Origin: an uncultured Gemmatimonadales bacterium | Lineage (GTDB): Bacteria > Gemmatimonadota > Gemmatimonadetes > Gemmatimonadales > GWC2-71-9 | Assembly (NCBI GenBank): GCA_963748035.1 | Contig: CAVVHO010000006.1 | Location: 16,176-80,175, forward strand | Direction: 5' to 3' | DNA: 64,000 nt | Shown: positions 56,539-64,000 of the stretch, in pieces | Layout: each line of letters starts with the position of its first letter | How positions within the stretch are numbered: the first letter of the stretch is position 1 | The notes under the pieces: model-generated | Database searches by the model: none | Told to the model about the DNA's origin: nothing | What the model saw: only the letters and a program-made list of their open reading frames with translations | Program-made: the position numbers and the translations under genes

Positions 56539-57320
56539 GGTGCGCGTTCTCCCTTTGCCGCCTGGGCGGCTTTGAGTAGCTCGTCCAACGCCCGGGGATG
56601 CTCCTTGTATTCGGGGCGGGCTTTGGCCGTTTCAGCCGGATAGTGGGCCAGGAAATCGGCATACGCCTGCTTGAGTGCCCGATCGTCCTTCTCGAACCTG
56701 GCGACGGTCGCTCGCACCACGTAGCCGAACAGATGGCCCGGCTCGGCCAGGAGGATACTGTCGGCGAGCGTGCGCGCTCCTTTGATGTCACCGGTATGCA
56801 GTTCGATGAGCGCTGCATGGTAGCGCGCGTCCGCGTCGACGCTATCCAACATTTTGTACGCGCTCATCGCCATCGGCGAAAAGGTCGTCACCGTGGCCTG
56901 ATCCCCCGATTCCGCGGCTCGCATGACCCGGTTGAAGAGCCGGTCGAAGCGTTCACGAGGGGTCATGTTGGAGATGTCCGGCGCCGCTCCCCCCACGGTG
57001 CCCGCGGCGAAAGGCGGCGTGCTCGCGTCGGCCTCGGTTGTGGGGCCCGCAGTGTTTCGGCCCAGCGCCAGCACCAGGCCGCCCACCAACACGGCCACCA
57101 CTCCACCGCCCAGAAACCACAGCACTCGCTCGTTGGTGCCAAGCCCGGTAGTGCTCGACACGGCCGACCCGCACGAGGGGCAAAAGCGCCCGCGGGTGGG
57201 AAGCGGAGAACCGCATCGGTGGCAGGATGCCGTTGCGGCAAGGCCGACGCCACAATGGCGGCAGAATTGGCCAGTGGCGGGTTGACCGCAGGAGGGACAG
57301 ACCTGAGAGGAAGCTGGCAT
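56535..57320 (-). CDS. double-zinc-ribbon / TM / helical-repeat protein (possible CcmI-like partner)
   Basis: CPSCG...CRHCG...CHRCG...CPSCG, one TM helix, C-terminal helical domain. ATGA overlap with ccmF. Confidence 0.55.
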   Translation of the reverse strand: MPASSQVCPSCGQPATGQFCRHCGVGLAATASCHRCGSPLPTRGRFCPSCGSAVSSTTGLGTNERVLWFLGGGVVAVLVGGLVLALGRNTAGPTTEADASTPPFAAGTVGGAAPDISNMTPRERFDRLFNRVMRAAESGDQATVTTFSPMAMSAYKMLDSVDADARYHAALIELHTGDIKGARTLADSILLAEPGHLFGYVVRATVARFEKDDRALKQAYADFLAHYPAETAKARPEYKEHPRALDELLKAAQAAKGERAP

Positions 57321-57560
57321 CGCTAGTCGCTGGGGAAGCTATTTGAGACGGGATACCTGTGGGAAGTGGCCGGTATCAGGGAGGGTGACATTCCTAAGCC
57401 CCGGAGGACACGCTCGACCGACCACAATTACTCATGTCTACTCCCGCCCGGGGCCGGGCGCGGTGTCCGGCACCACGCTTTGGAGGGCGAGTTCAAGATA
57501 CAACGAAGCTACTGGGAATGGCTCGAAAACACGTCAGACGTCGTCTTCCAAGGTCGAGCC

Positions 57561-58070
57561 TCATGCAGAGGCCTGGGTCAAAGCACGACAGTCATGGCCC
57601 CATCCGCGCAGGATTCCCACGGCGCGCGCAACCAGTTGCTCGACCTGATTCTCCACCTCGGGACTCAGGACCGTGGACATCTCCACTCGCGCCGGCTCCG
57701 CCCCCAGCGCAATCGTCATGTCGGAGAGCCGGCCCCGCAATTCCGCCAAGGCAAGCACCTCCTTGAGGTCGATTTGGTGCGGGGAAAGCTTGTGGCTGAG
57801 GTAGCGAGGCAACTGATCGCGCTGAAGCTCGTGCGGGGTGCCGGGTGGATCCCCCAAGCGGATCGCATCAAGAATGAGAAGTTTTCCGGCGTCCTCAATC
57901 AAGGGGAGCAGATTCATCCCCCAGGTGCCACCATCCACCAACTCGGCGCCGTCGACATCCCATCCATCTCGCAGGCGGGTCAGGATCTCGAGGCCCAGTC
58001 CATCATCCGCCATGATTGGGTTGCCAAGGCCGAGGACGGTGGTCGGGGCGTGGTCACATGTCCTGGTCAT
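57561..58070 (-). CDS. hupD: [NiFe] hydrogenase maturation endopeptidase
   Basis: VLGLGNPIMADDGLGLEIL N-terminal motif. Start at the internal Met; the ORF-track start at 58085 is also possible. Confidence 0.85.
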   Translation of the reverse strand: MTRTCDHAPTTVLGLGNPIMADDGLGLEILTRLRDGWDVDGAELVDGGTWGMNLLPLIEDAGKLLILDAIRLGDPPGTPHELQRDQLPRYLSHKLSPHQIDLKEVLALAELRGRLSDMTIALGAEPARVEMSTVLSPEVENQVEQLVARAVGILRGWGHDCRALTQASA

Positions 58071-58818
58071 CGACGAACTTCTCATCAGCGGTCACGAACC
58101 GACCGCCGGTGATGATCGAGGAGACCGTTCCAGTACGCTCCAGCGTGTCGGCCCGCATGGCGAGGTAGACGTGGATCGGTATGAAGCTCAGGAACAACCA
58201 GGTCACCACGTGGTGAATGAACCGCACGACCGGCATTCCTCCAAGAACGATCCCAATCCAGTTGAAAACTGTATAGAAGAGGCCGCCGGGATTCGACTGG
58301 CCGTAAAGTGCAAAGCCGGTGATGACCATCAGCACCGCCATGGCGTAGATCCCGGTGTAACTCAGCTGCTGCATCGGGTTGTGGCCCAGGTAGCGCGGCG
58401 GATGCGGCTCAACCATCGCGTAGAACTTGGTCTGCTTCCACATGTTGACCCAGTCACGGGGGCGCAGGGGAAACAGTGCCGGCAACCGTTCGAACTTATT
58501 GCCGGCAAACAACCAGTAGGCCCGCACAATTCCGGTCATGACCAGCACCGCAGCAGCAGAGAAGTGAAAGAATCGCACCCAGCCCATGACGAAGGGGTCC
58601 GCGGCCTCCGACCCTCCCGTTACGAAATAGGGCCGGCCGATGTACAGACCGGTGACAGCCAAGACGACGATTGAAAGCGCCGCGAGCCAATGCATGACCC
58701 GGACAGGAATATCCCACAGTTGGACCCACCTGTAGTTGCCGCTGGGCGGGGGAACCCGGTGCCCCAACGTGAATCCCCGCGGGCCCGATGCGGCCGGATT
58801 GACGGGGTTGGTGGTCAT
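58054..58818 (-). CDS. hupC: Ni/Fe-hydrogenase b-type cytochrome subunit
   Basis: 254 aa with four TM helices (…VRVMHWLAALSIVVL…, …RFIHHVVTWLFL…). ATGA overlap with the large subunit. Confidence 0.85.
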   Translation of the reverse strand: MTTNPVNPAASGPRGFTLGHRVPPPSGNYRWVQLWDIPVRVMHWLAALSIVVLAVTGLYIGRPYFVTGGSEAADPFVMGWVRFFHFSAAAVLVMTGIVRAYWLFAGNKFERLPALFPLRPRDWVNMWKQTKFYAMVEPHPPRYLGHNPMQQLSYTGIYAMAVLMVITGFALYGQSNPGGLFYTVFNWIGIVLGGMPVVRFIHHVVTWLFLSFIPIHVYLAMRADTLERTGTVSSIITGGRFVTADEKFVDDQDM

Positions 58819-60530
58819 TGAACTTGCACCTTCGTGATCAGATTCCCCGCCCCGTCGAGAACGTGGACGCCACAGGCCATGCAGGGATCGAACGAGTGGA
58901 TGGTGCGGAGAATCTCCAACGGCTGGTCCGGCCGGACCAGCGGATGGTTATCGACCAGTGAAGCCTCGTAGGGGCCCATCTGGCCCTGACCGTCTCGCGG
59001 CGAGCAATTCCAGGTGCTCGGCACGACACACTGATAGCGGGATATCTTCCCGTCCTTGATCCTCACCCAATGGCCCAGCGCGCCTCGAGGAGCGTCCAGA
59101 TACCCGAAGCCCTTGGTCTCTTTGGGCCAGGTGGACGGCTCCCACTTGTCCTTGGAGAAGGTCTGGGTGTCTCCGCTACGAATGCGGTCCACCAGCTGAC
59201 CGTACCATTTCTCCATCAGCCGGACCAGCAGCATCGTTTCCATCCCGCGCGCAGCCGTTCGGCCCAGGGTGGAGAACAGCACCTGCGGGCCGACTTCCAG
59301 CCGGTCCAGGACTTCCTTCACTAGGGCACGGATCTCCTCGTGGCCCGAGGCATAGCCGATGAGCATGCGAGCGAGCGGCCCCACCTGCATCGGCCGGCCG
59401 TCGTAACGCGGCGCCTTCATCCAGGTGTACTTGGGAAGACCCTGCAACTCCTTCCAGGGCGTCGGCGGCCCGGTGTACTTGGCCTTGGTCTCGCCATCGT
59501 AGGGGTGCAACCCCTGTTTATCCCCGCCGGAGTACTCGTACCACGAGCTATTGATGAATTCCTGGATCTTCTCCGGATCGAAGGGATGGACCTTGGTCAG
59601 ATCCGCGCCCAGGATGATGCCGCGTGGGAAATAGAGCTTGTCAACGTCGTTGATGCCCCCTTCGGGGAATTCCCCATAGCTCAAGAAGTGGGGAGTCCCG
59701 CCACCAATGGCCCCCCATTCCTTGTAGAAGCCGGCGATCGCCAGCAGGTCCGGCCAGTACACCTGTTCCACGAATCGGCGCGCCCGGGTGATCATGTCCC
59801 GGATGTCAGTAAGCCGCTCGGCGTTGATTGTTGCCGTATCGTTCAGGTTGATGGCGGAAGCCATGCCTCCAACCAGGAAGTTGGGGTGCGGGTTTTTGCC
59901 CCCGAAGATGGTGTGCAGGCGAATGACGTCCCGTTGCCAATCGAGCGCTTCGAGATAGTGCGCCACCGCCAGGAGGTTCACCTCCGGCGGCAACTTGTAG
60001 CCGGGATGGCCCCAGTATCCGTTGGCAAAGATCCCCAGCTGCCCCCCGCTGACGAACTTGGTCAGCCGGTTCTTGACTTCACCGAAATACGTTGCCGAGT
60101 TGTTTGGCCAGGGAGAGACCGAGCGCGCGATTCGCGCGGTTCCTTCGGGATCGGCCTTGAGCGCGCTGACCACGTCGACCCAGTCCAGGGCGTGCAGGTG
60201 GTAGAAATGGATTACATGGTCCTGGATGAACTGCATGCCATGGACCAGGTTTCGGATCAGATTGGCGTTGGGCGGTATGGTGATCCCCAGCGCGTCCTCC
60301 ACCGCGCGGCAGGAGGCCACCGCGTGTACCACCGTGCAGACTCCGCAGATGCGCTGAGTGAACGCCCAGGCATCCCGGGGGTCGCGTCCCTCCATGATGA
60401 CCTCGATCCCACGAAACTGGGTCGACGAGGCCCACGAATTGGTGATCTTGCCGTTCTCCGCCTGCACTTCGATCCGTAGGTGCCCCTCGATCCGGGTGAT
60501 CGGATCGACGACGACTTTGGTGACGGCCAT
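58815..60530 (-). CDS. hupL: [NiFe] hydrogenase large subunit (group 1, uptake type)
   Basis: RIEGHLRIEV, N-terminal RICGVCTVVH and C-terminal DPCMACGVH nickel-binding motifs, followed by a 15-aa cleavable extension. Confidence 0.97.
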   Translation of the reverse strand: MAVTKVVVDPITRIEGHLRIEVQAENGKITNSWASSTQFRGIEVIMEGRDPRDAWAFTQRICGVCTVVHAVASCRAVEDALGITIPPNANLIRNLVHGMQFIQDHVIHFYHLHALDWVDVVSALKADPEGTARIARSVSPWPNNSATYFGEVKNRLTKFVSGGQLGIFANGYWGHPGYKLPPEVNLLAVAHYLEALDWQRDVIRLHTIFGGKNPHPNFLVGGMASAINLNDTATINAERLTDIRDMITRARRFVEQVYWPDLLAIAGFYKEWGAIGGGTPHFLSYGEFPEGGINDVDKLYFPRGIILGADLTKVHPFDPEKIQEFINSSWYEYSGGDKQGLHPYDGETKAKYTGPPTPWKELQGLPKYTWMKAPRYDGRPMQVGPLARMLIGYASGHEEIRALVKEVLDRLEVGPQVLFSTLGRTAARGMETMLLVRLMEKWYGQLVDRIRSGDTQTFSKDKWEPSTWPKETKGFGYLDAPRGALGHWVRIKDGKISRYQCVVPSTWNCSPRDGQGQMGPYEASLVDNHPLVRPDQPLEILRTIHSFDPCMACGVHVLDGAGNLITKVQVQ

Positions 60531-60545
60531 GGTCAGGTTCTCCGT

Positions 60546-61694
60546 TTACGCCGTGGGGGTTCCGCTGCCACCTACCGGGGGGTCGATCACCGGCAACTGC
60601 CGTTTCCGTTCGCGGATCTGATGGACCGCGGTGGCTCCGGCATGCGCCAGCACGCCAGCGGTCGCGCCCAGAGCCAGCGCGGCGCCGAATATGTCGACTT
60701 TCTGTTCTACCCCAAATCCACCAACATCGGGGAGTCGATCGTAGAACGGCGTCATCGTATCCCAAAAATGCGGCTCAGTACATCCGATGCAGGGATGCCC
60801 TGCTCCGATCGGCCAACTGGTCCGCGTATTCCACTGGAAGATCGGGCAGGGTGAGAAGGTCGCCGGGCCTTTGCAGCCGACCTCGTAGAGACACCACCCC
60901 TTTCGAGCCGCCTCGTCATCGAACTGTTGCACGAACTGGCCGGCATCGAAATTTGCCCGGCGGGGGCACTGATCGTGGATCCGGGCACCGTAGGCGAAGA
61001 GCGGACGCCCGAGCGGGTCGAGGTCCGGCAAGCGATTGAACGTGAGGAAATGGACCACGGTAGCGGTCACCACGTCCGCAATCGGGGGGCAGCCTGCGAT
61101 GTTCACGACAGGCTTGTTCTTGATCACATCCGCCACGCCGACCGCACCAGTAGGATTGGGACGTGCGGCCTGTACGCTACCCCAATGGGCGCAGGCTCCG
61201 ACGGCTAGGATCGCCGCCGCCCCTGGTGCCGCCTCCTCCAGGATATCCTTCGCGGTCCGCCCTCCCACGGTGCAGTAGATCCCATCATCGTTGAGGGGAA
61301 TCGACCCGGTAACCACTAGCACGTACTTGCCGGCATTGGCCGTCATGGCGTCTTGCTTGGCTTTCTCGACCGCATCCCCCGCCCCGGCCATCAGCGTGTG
61401 TTGGTAGTCGAGAGACACCAGATCGAGTATCAGGTCGCCGATCGTCGGTTCCCCCGATCGAATGACACTCTCGACGCACCCGGTGCACTCCTGGAGTTGA
61501 AGCCAGATCACGCTCGGTCGCTTGACCGTCTGCAGCGCCTGGACCACCCTTGGAATCGCCATTTCCCCAAGGCCTAGAACCGCAGTGATCTGGCCGCAGA
61601 AGGCCAGGAACTCCCGACGAGAGACGCCCCTCGCCTCCAAGTGCTCACCCAGGGTTTCAGTCTCGAGCCACGGGTGTGTTTGCGGAGAAAGCAT
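60546..61694 (-). CDS. hupS: [NiFe] hydrogenase small subunit, Tat-exported
   Basis: SRREFLAF twin-arginine motif. QECTGCVES, GACAHWGSVQ, GCPP and C-terminal FeS cysteines. C-terminal TM anchor. Confidence 0.95.
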   Translation of the reverse strand: MLSPQTHPWLETETLGEHLEARGVSRREFLAFCGQITAVLGLGEMAIPRVVQALQTVKRPSVIWLQLQECTGCVESVIRSGEPTIGDLILDLVSLDYQHTLMAGAGDAVEKAKQDAMTANAGKYVLVVTGSIPLNDDGIYCTVGGRTAKDILEEAAPGAAAILAVGACAHWGSVQAARPNPTGAVGVADVIKNKPVVNIAGCPPIADVVTATVVHFLTFNRLPDLDPLGRPLFAYGARIHDQCPRRANFDAGQFVQQFDDEAARKGWCLYEVGCKGPATFSPCPIFQWNTRTSWPIGAGHPCIGCTEPHFWDTMTPFYDRLPDVGGFGVEQKVDIFGAALALGATAGVLAHAGATAVHQIRERKRQLPVIDPPVGGSGTPTA

Positions 61695-62075
61695 CGGCGA
61701 GGACCTCCGTTTTGGCGTGGGTCAAACGACCGGTGCAGCGAATATCAGAAGCCAAGGTGCGCAGTTTGCGCCAAGAGGCAAGATGGGAAAGGAAACGTGA
61801 AGATTGCCTTATCTCGGAATTAATATTCGGGACCGCACCTGCCGAGCAGTCTCAACTCCACATTGGGAGAGGAAAAGCTGTCCGGAGACAGCCGACCCAG
61901 GACCTGCGTGCAGCCGACGAGAGTTTTCCGAGAAATTCACTCGGGATCGCGAGGGGCGGCAGAATTTTCCGGTCGGGCCAAATTCATACCGAAAAGCACT
62001 TGTCAAGGGGAGGCGGTGTAAGGAGTTGCCTTCATAAAGTCCTCATGCTTCCTTCGTCGCCGGGTGATACTGTAT

Positions 62076-62091
62076 ATGTACTCCCGTACAT
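62076..62091. promoter_or_regulatory. perfect palindrome in the AT-rich divergent control region
   Basis: ATGTAC tccc GTACAT, 17 nt upstream of the multihaem cytochrome ATG. Confidence 0.35.
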
Positions 62092-62107
62092 TTCGGATGC
62101 CGAGCCT

Positions 62108-64000
62108 ATGTCAAAAAACCTCCGTCAGACCTGGTCCCCAGCCTTGCTCGCGCTGGTGGTGCTCGTTGGTTGCACCGATACGGTCTTCCGAGACCGGCCC
62201 CCGTTCACCCCTCCACCTGATGCGGCCACCGGCTTCCTCGGCTACTTCGACGCCTCCGCGCAGCAGACCAACTGCGGCAACTGCCACGTCGAGCACCAGG
62301 CTAATTGGGAGCAGACTAAACACGCCGAGGCCTGGGCCGACCTCCAAGCGCTGGCACAGCCCGTCGACAAGAGTAGCTGCGTCGGCTGTCACGCGGTGAG
62401 CGAGAACGGCAATTCGGCGACCGGCCCTGCCGGTTACCTCAAGGTAGCGGACCCGGCGTATCACGACGTGCAATGCGAGAACTGCCACGGCCCGGGGTTC
62501 GACCATGTGCAGACTCCCGACGGTGGTACCGCGCCCCTGCCGAGCATTCACGTCGACACCACCCAGGCTCCCGCATCCGAGGCGATCGCAGCCCAATTGG
62601 CGGCCGGCACATGCGCTGCGTGCCACCAGGACACGCACCATCCGTTCTGGGAGGAGTGGCGGCAATCGTTGCACGCGAAAATGGGCCGGCACAACGACGA
62701 GCCATTGTGTCTGCAATGCCACTCGGGCCAGGGCGCGCTGGCGGCCTGGGGCGTCACGTCCGCCTATAAGGAGCAGAATGCGGTAAACGAGGGAATCACC
62801 TGTGCCGTCTGCCACGACCCGCACGACGCCACCAATCCGGGGCAGCTGCGGTATCCGATCGCGTCGACCGATCTGAGTAAGCAGCTGTGCATGAAGTGCC
62901 ATAACCGGCGCTCGGAGCCCATTGCTATGGACTCGACCCGGGCGGAGGAGGACCCGCAAGGCAAGAGCGGGAGCAACTCGCCGCACGCACCGCAGGGGCC
63001 CGTACTGCTTGCAGCCGCGGGTTATCAAAACCTGACGTACCTCGACCCGTCCGTGGTCCAGCCATCGAGCCACGGGCAGCTCGCCAAGAACCCGAAGCTC
63101 TGCGCCGGCTGTCACCTGTACGGCTTCCCGACGACGAACGATGCCGGGGCCGCCGTCACCGTGACCGGTCACCTGTTCCGCCCGATCCCCTGCTACGGGC
63201 CGGATGGCCTGCCCACGGACACGATCAGGACCTGCGCCTACACCCCGGCGGAGCGCTCGTTCAAGTCATGCGCAGCCGCGGGTTGCCACGGCGACGAAGC
63301 CACGGTGGCCGGGCTGCTTTCGGTCACGCGCAGCCGGATCCAGGGTCTTACGGCGGCGCTGTGGGTGAACTCGGGCGTCGGCGCCGGTAGCTCGACTAGC
63401 GCGATCGACACCCTGGACGGGGGCATCATCCCCGCGATCTACAAGAACACGTTCAGCCAGCGGGGGACGGTCACCAACCTGAGCCTGCAGGTGAAGACCG
63501 CCGCGCTCGCGGCCGCGACCACCATCGACCTGAATACCGCGGGTACCGCCACGGTGACGGGCCGGCTGGCACCGACGAACACCTTCAAGATTGCCGGTGA
63601 CGCGACGCTCTACACCGTTCAGAACACCGTCACGGCTGCCGCCAACACACTGACCGGCGTGACGATCTCTCCGGCTCTGGCGCAGGCCGCCGCAGCCGGG
63701 GCCAAGGTCACTGTGATCTTCTTGGGGCCCCTGTACGCTAATGACAGGCTGGTCACGCCGGTCGACGGGGCCGAGTGGAACGTGCGGGCGTTCGGCGAGG
63801 ACGCCAGCGGCAACTTCTTGCCTGGCGGGACGGGCACACCCAGCCCGAATACCGACAGGTCGCACACCGTACATAACCCGTTCTACGCGGAGGCGATGCT
63901 GCGGGCGAACATCGCGGAATTGACCGCCCTCTACGGGTCGCAGCCGTGGTTCCCGATCCTGTCCTCGGAAGCTCGAGCCATCATGAATGGCCCACTGGGT
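62108..64000 (+). CDS. multihaem c-type cytochrome lipoprotein (5' 631 codons; continues beyond the window)
   Basis: Hand-translated. ATG 62108, frame open to the window end, and not in the ORF track. Lipobox LVVLVGC. Eight CxxCH motifs (CGNCH, CVGCH, CENCH, CAACH, CLQCH, CAVCH, CMKCH, CAGCH) plus CAAAGCH. The minus-strand ORF 62111-63172 is its shadow. Confidence 0.85.
   Translation, partial: MSKNLRQTWSPALLALVVLVGCTDTVFRDRPPFTPPPDAATGFLGYFDASAQQTNCGNCHVEHQANWEQTKHAEAWADLQALAQPVDKSSCVGCHAVSENGNSATGPAGYLKVADPAYHDVQCENCHGPGFDHVQTPDGGTAPLPSIHVDTTQAPASEAIAAQLAAGTCAACHQDTHHPFWEEWRQSLHAKMGRHNDEPLCLQCHSGQGALAAWGVTSAYKEQNAVNEGITCAVCHDPHDATNPGQLRYPIASTDLSKQLCMKCHNRRSEPIAMDSTRAEEDPQGKSGSNSPHAPQGPVLLAAAGYQNLTYLDPSVVQPSSHGQLAKNPKLCAGCHLYGFPTTNDAGAAVTVTGHLFRPIPCYGPDGLPTDTIRTCAYTPAERSFKSCAAAGCHGDEATVAGLLSVTRSRIQGLTAALWVNSGVGAGSSTSAIDTLDGGIIPAIYKNTFSQRGTVTNLSLQVKTAALAAATTIDLNTAGTATVTGRLAPTNTFKIAGDATLYTVQNTVTAAANTLTGVTISPALAQAAAAGAKVTVIFLGPLYANDRLVTPVDGAEWNVRAFGEDASGNFLPGGTGTPSPNTDRSHTVHNPFYAEAMLRANIAELTALYGSQPWFPILSSEARAIMNGPLG

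Noticed and set aside
1-64000. Mobile elements, prophage or defence islands (integrase, transposase, restriction-modification, toxin-antitoxin, cas).
   Set aside because: I recognised no such genes or terminal inverted repeats. The repeated elements present are sequence-unique hairpins and a local tandem gene duplication.

Overview
High-GC bacterial chromosomal segment. I recognised no rRNA, tRNA, CRISPR array, transposase or integrase. Gene content in order: (1) 1-6.6 kb, a compact clade II-type nitrous oxide reductase locus (3' end of a cytochrome c, nosZ, nosB-like, nosL, nosD, nosF, nosY, and a small 4-TM gene). (2) 6.9-7.2 kb, a 14 x 21-bp tandem repeat in strict register. (3) 8-31 kb, mostly small co-oriented housekeeping, stress and detoxification genes (SnoaL-like, HAD, M48 protease, ABM, ornithine cyclodeaminase plus threonine-dehydratase-like pair, ICMT, DUF2277, YdeI, MOSC, DUF1761, DinB, VOC, GYD, ATP-grasp plus two methyltransferases, PspC), and one frameshifted gene of about 1,180 codons on the minus strand. 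(4) 31.1-39.3 kb, an A/V-type ATPase operon (G/H-like, I, K, E, C, F, A, B, D). (5) A LytS/LytTR-type two-component pair, a DUF1624 membrane protein, an ankyrin protein, VOC, globin and lipoproteins. (6) 50-53.3 kb, two tandemly duplicated di-haem DUF1111 genes, each with a conserved leader of about 370 nt. (7) 53.3-57.3 kb (minus strand), a ccmF/ccmH-like operon flanked by zinc-ribbon membrane proteins. (8) 57.6-61.7 kb (minus strand), a Tat-exported group 1 [NiFe] uptake hydrogenase (small, large, cytochrome b, protease). (9) 62.1 kb to the window end, a divergently transcribed multihaem cytochrome c lipoprotein ORF that is missing from the supplied ORF track because it has no stop inside the window. 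Points most worth follow-up: at least six frame disruptions plus two missing stop codons are concentrated in 34-41 kb (atpE, F, A, a tandem DUF2892 gene and the histidine kinase), against one elsewhere; the heptad-coding 21-bp repeat; sequence-unique inverted microsatellite hairpins in several 5' intergenic regions; a 30-nt motif present twice with a compensatory base-pair change; the conserved long leader of the duplicated DUF1111 genes; and the hydrogenase / multihaem cytochrome / ccm / nosZ combination. All family calls come from motif recognition by eye, with no database search.
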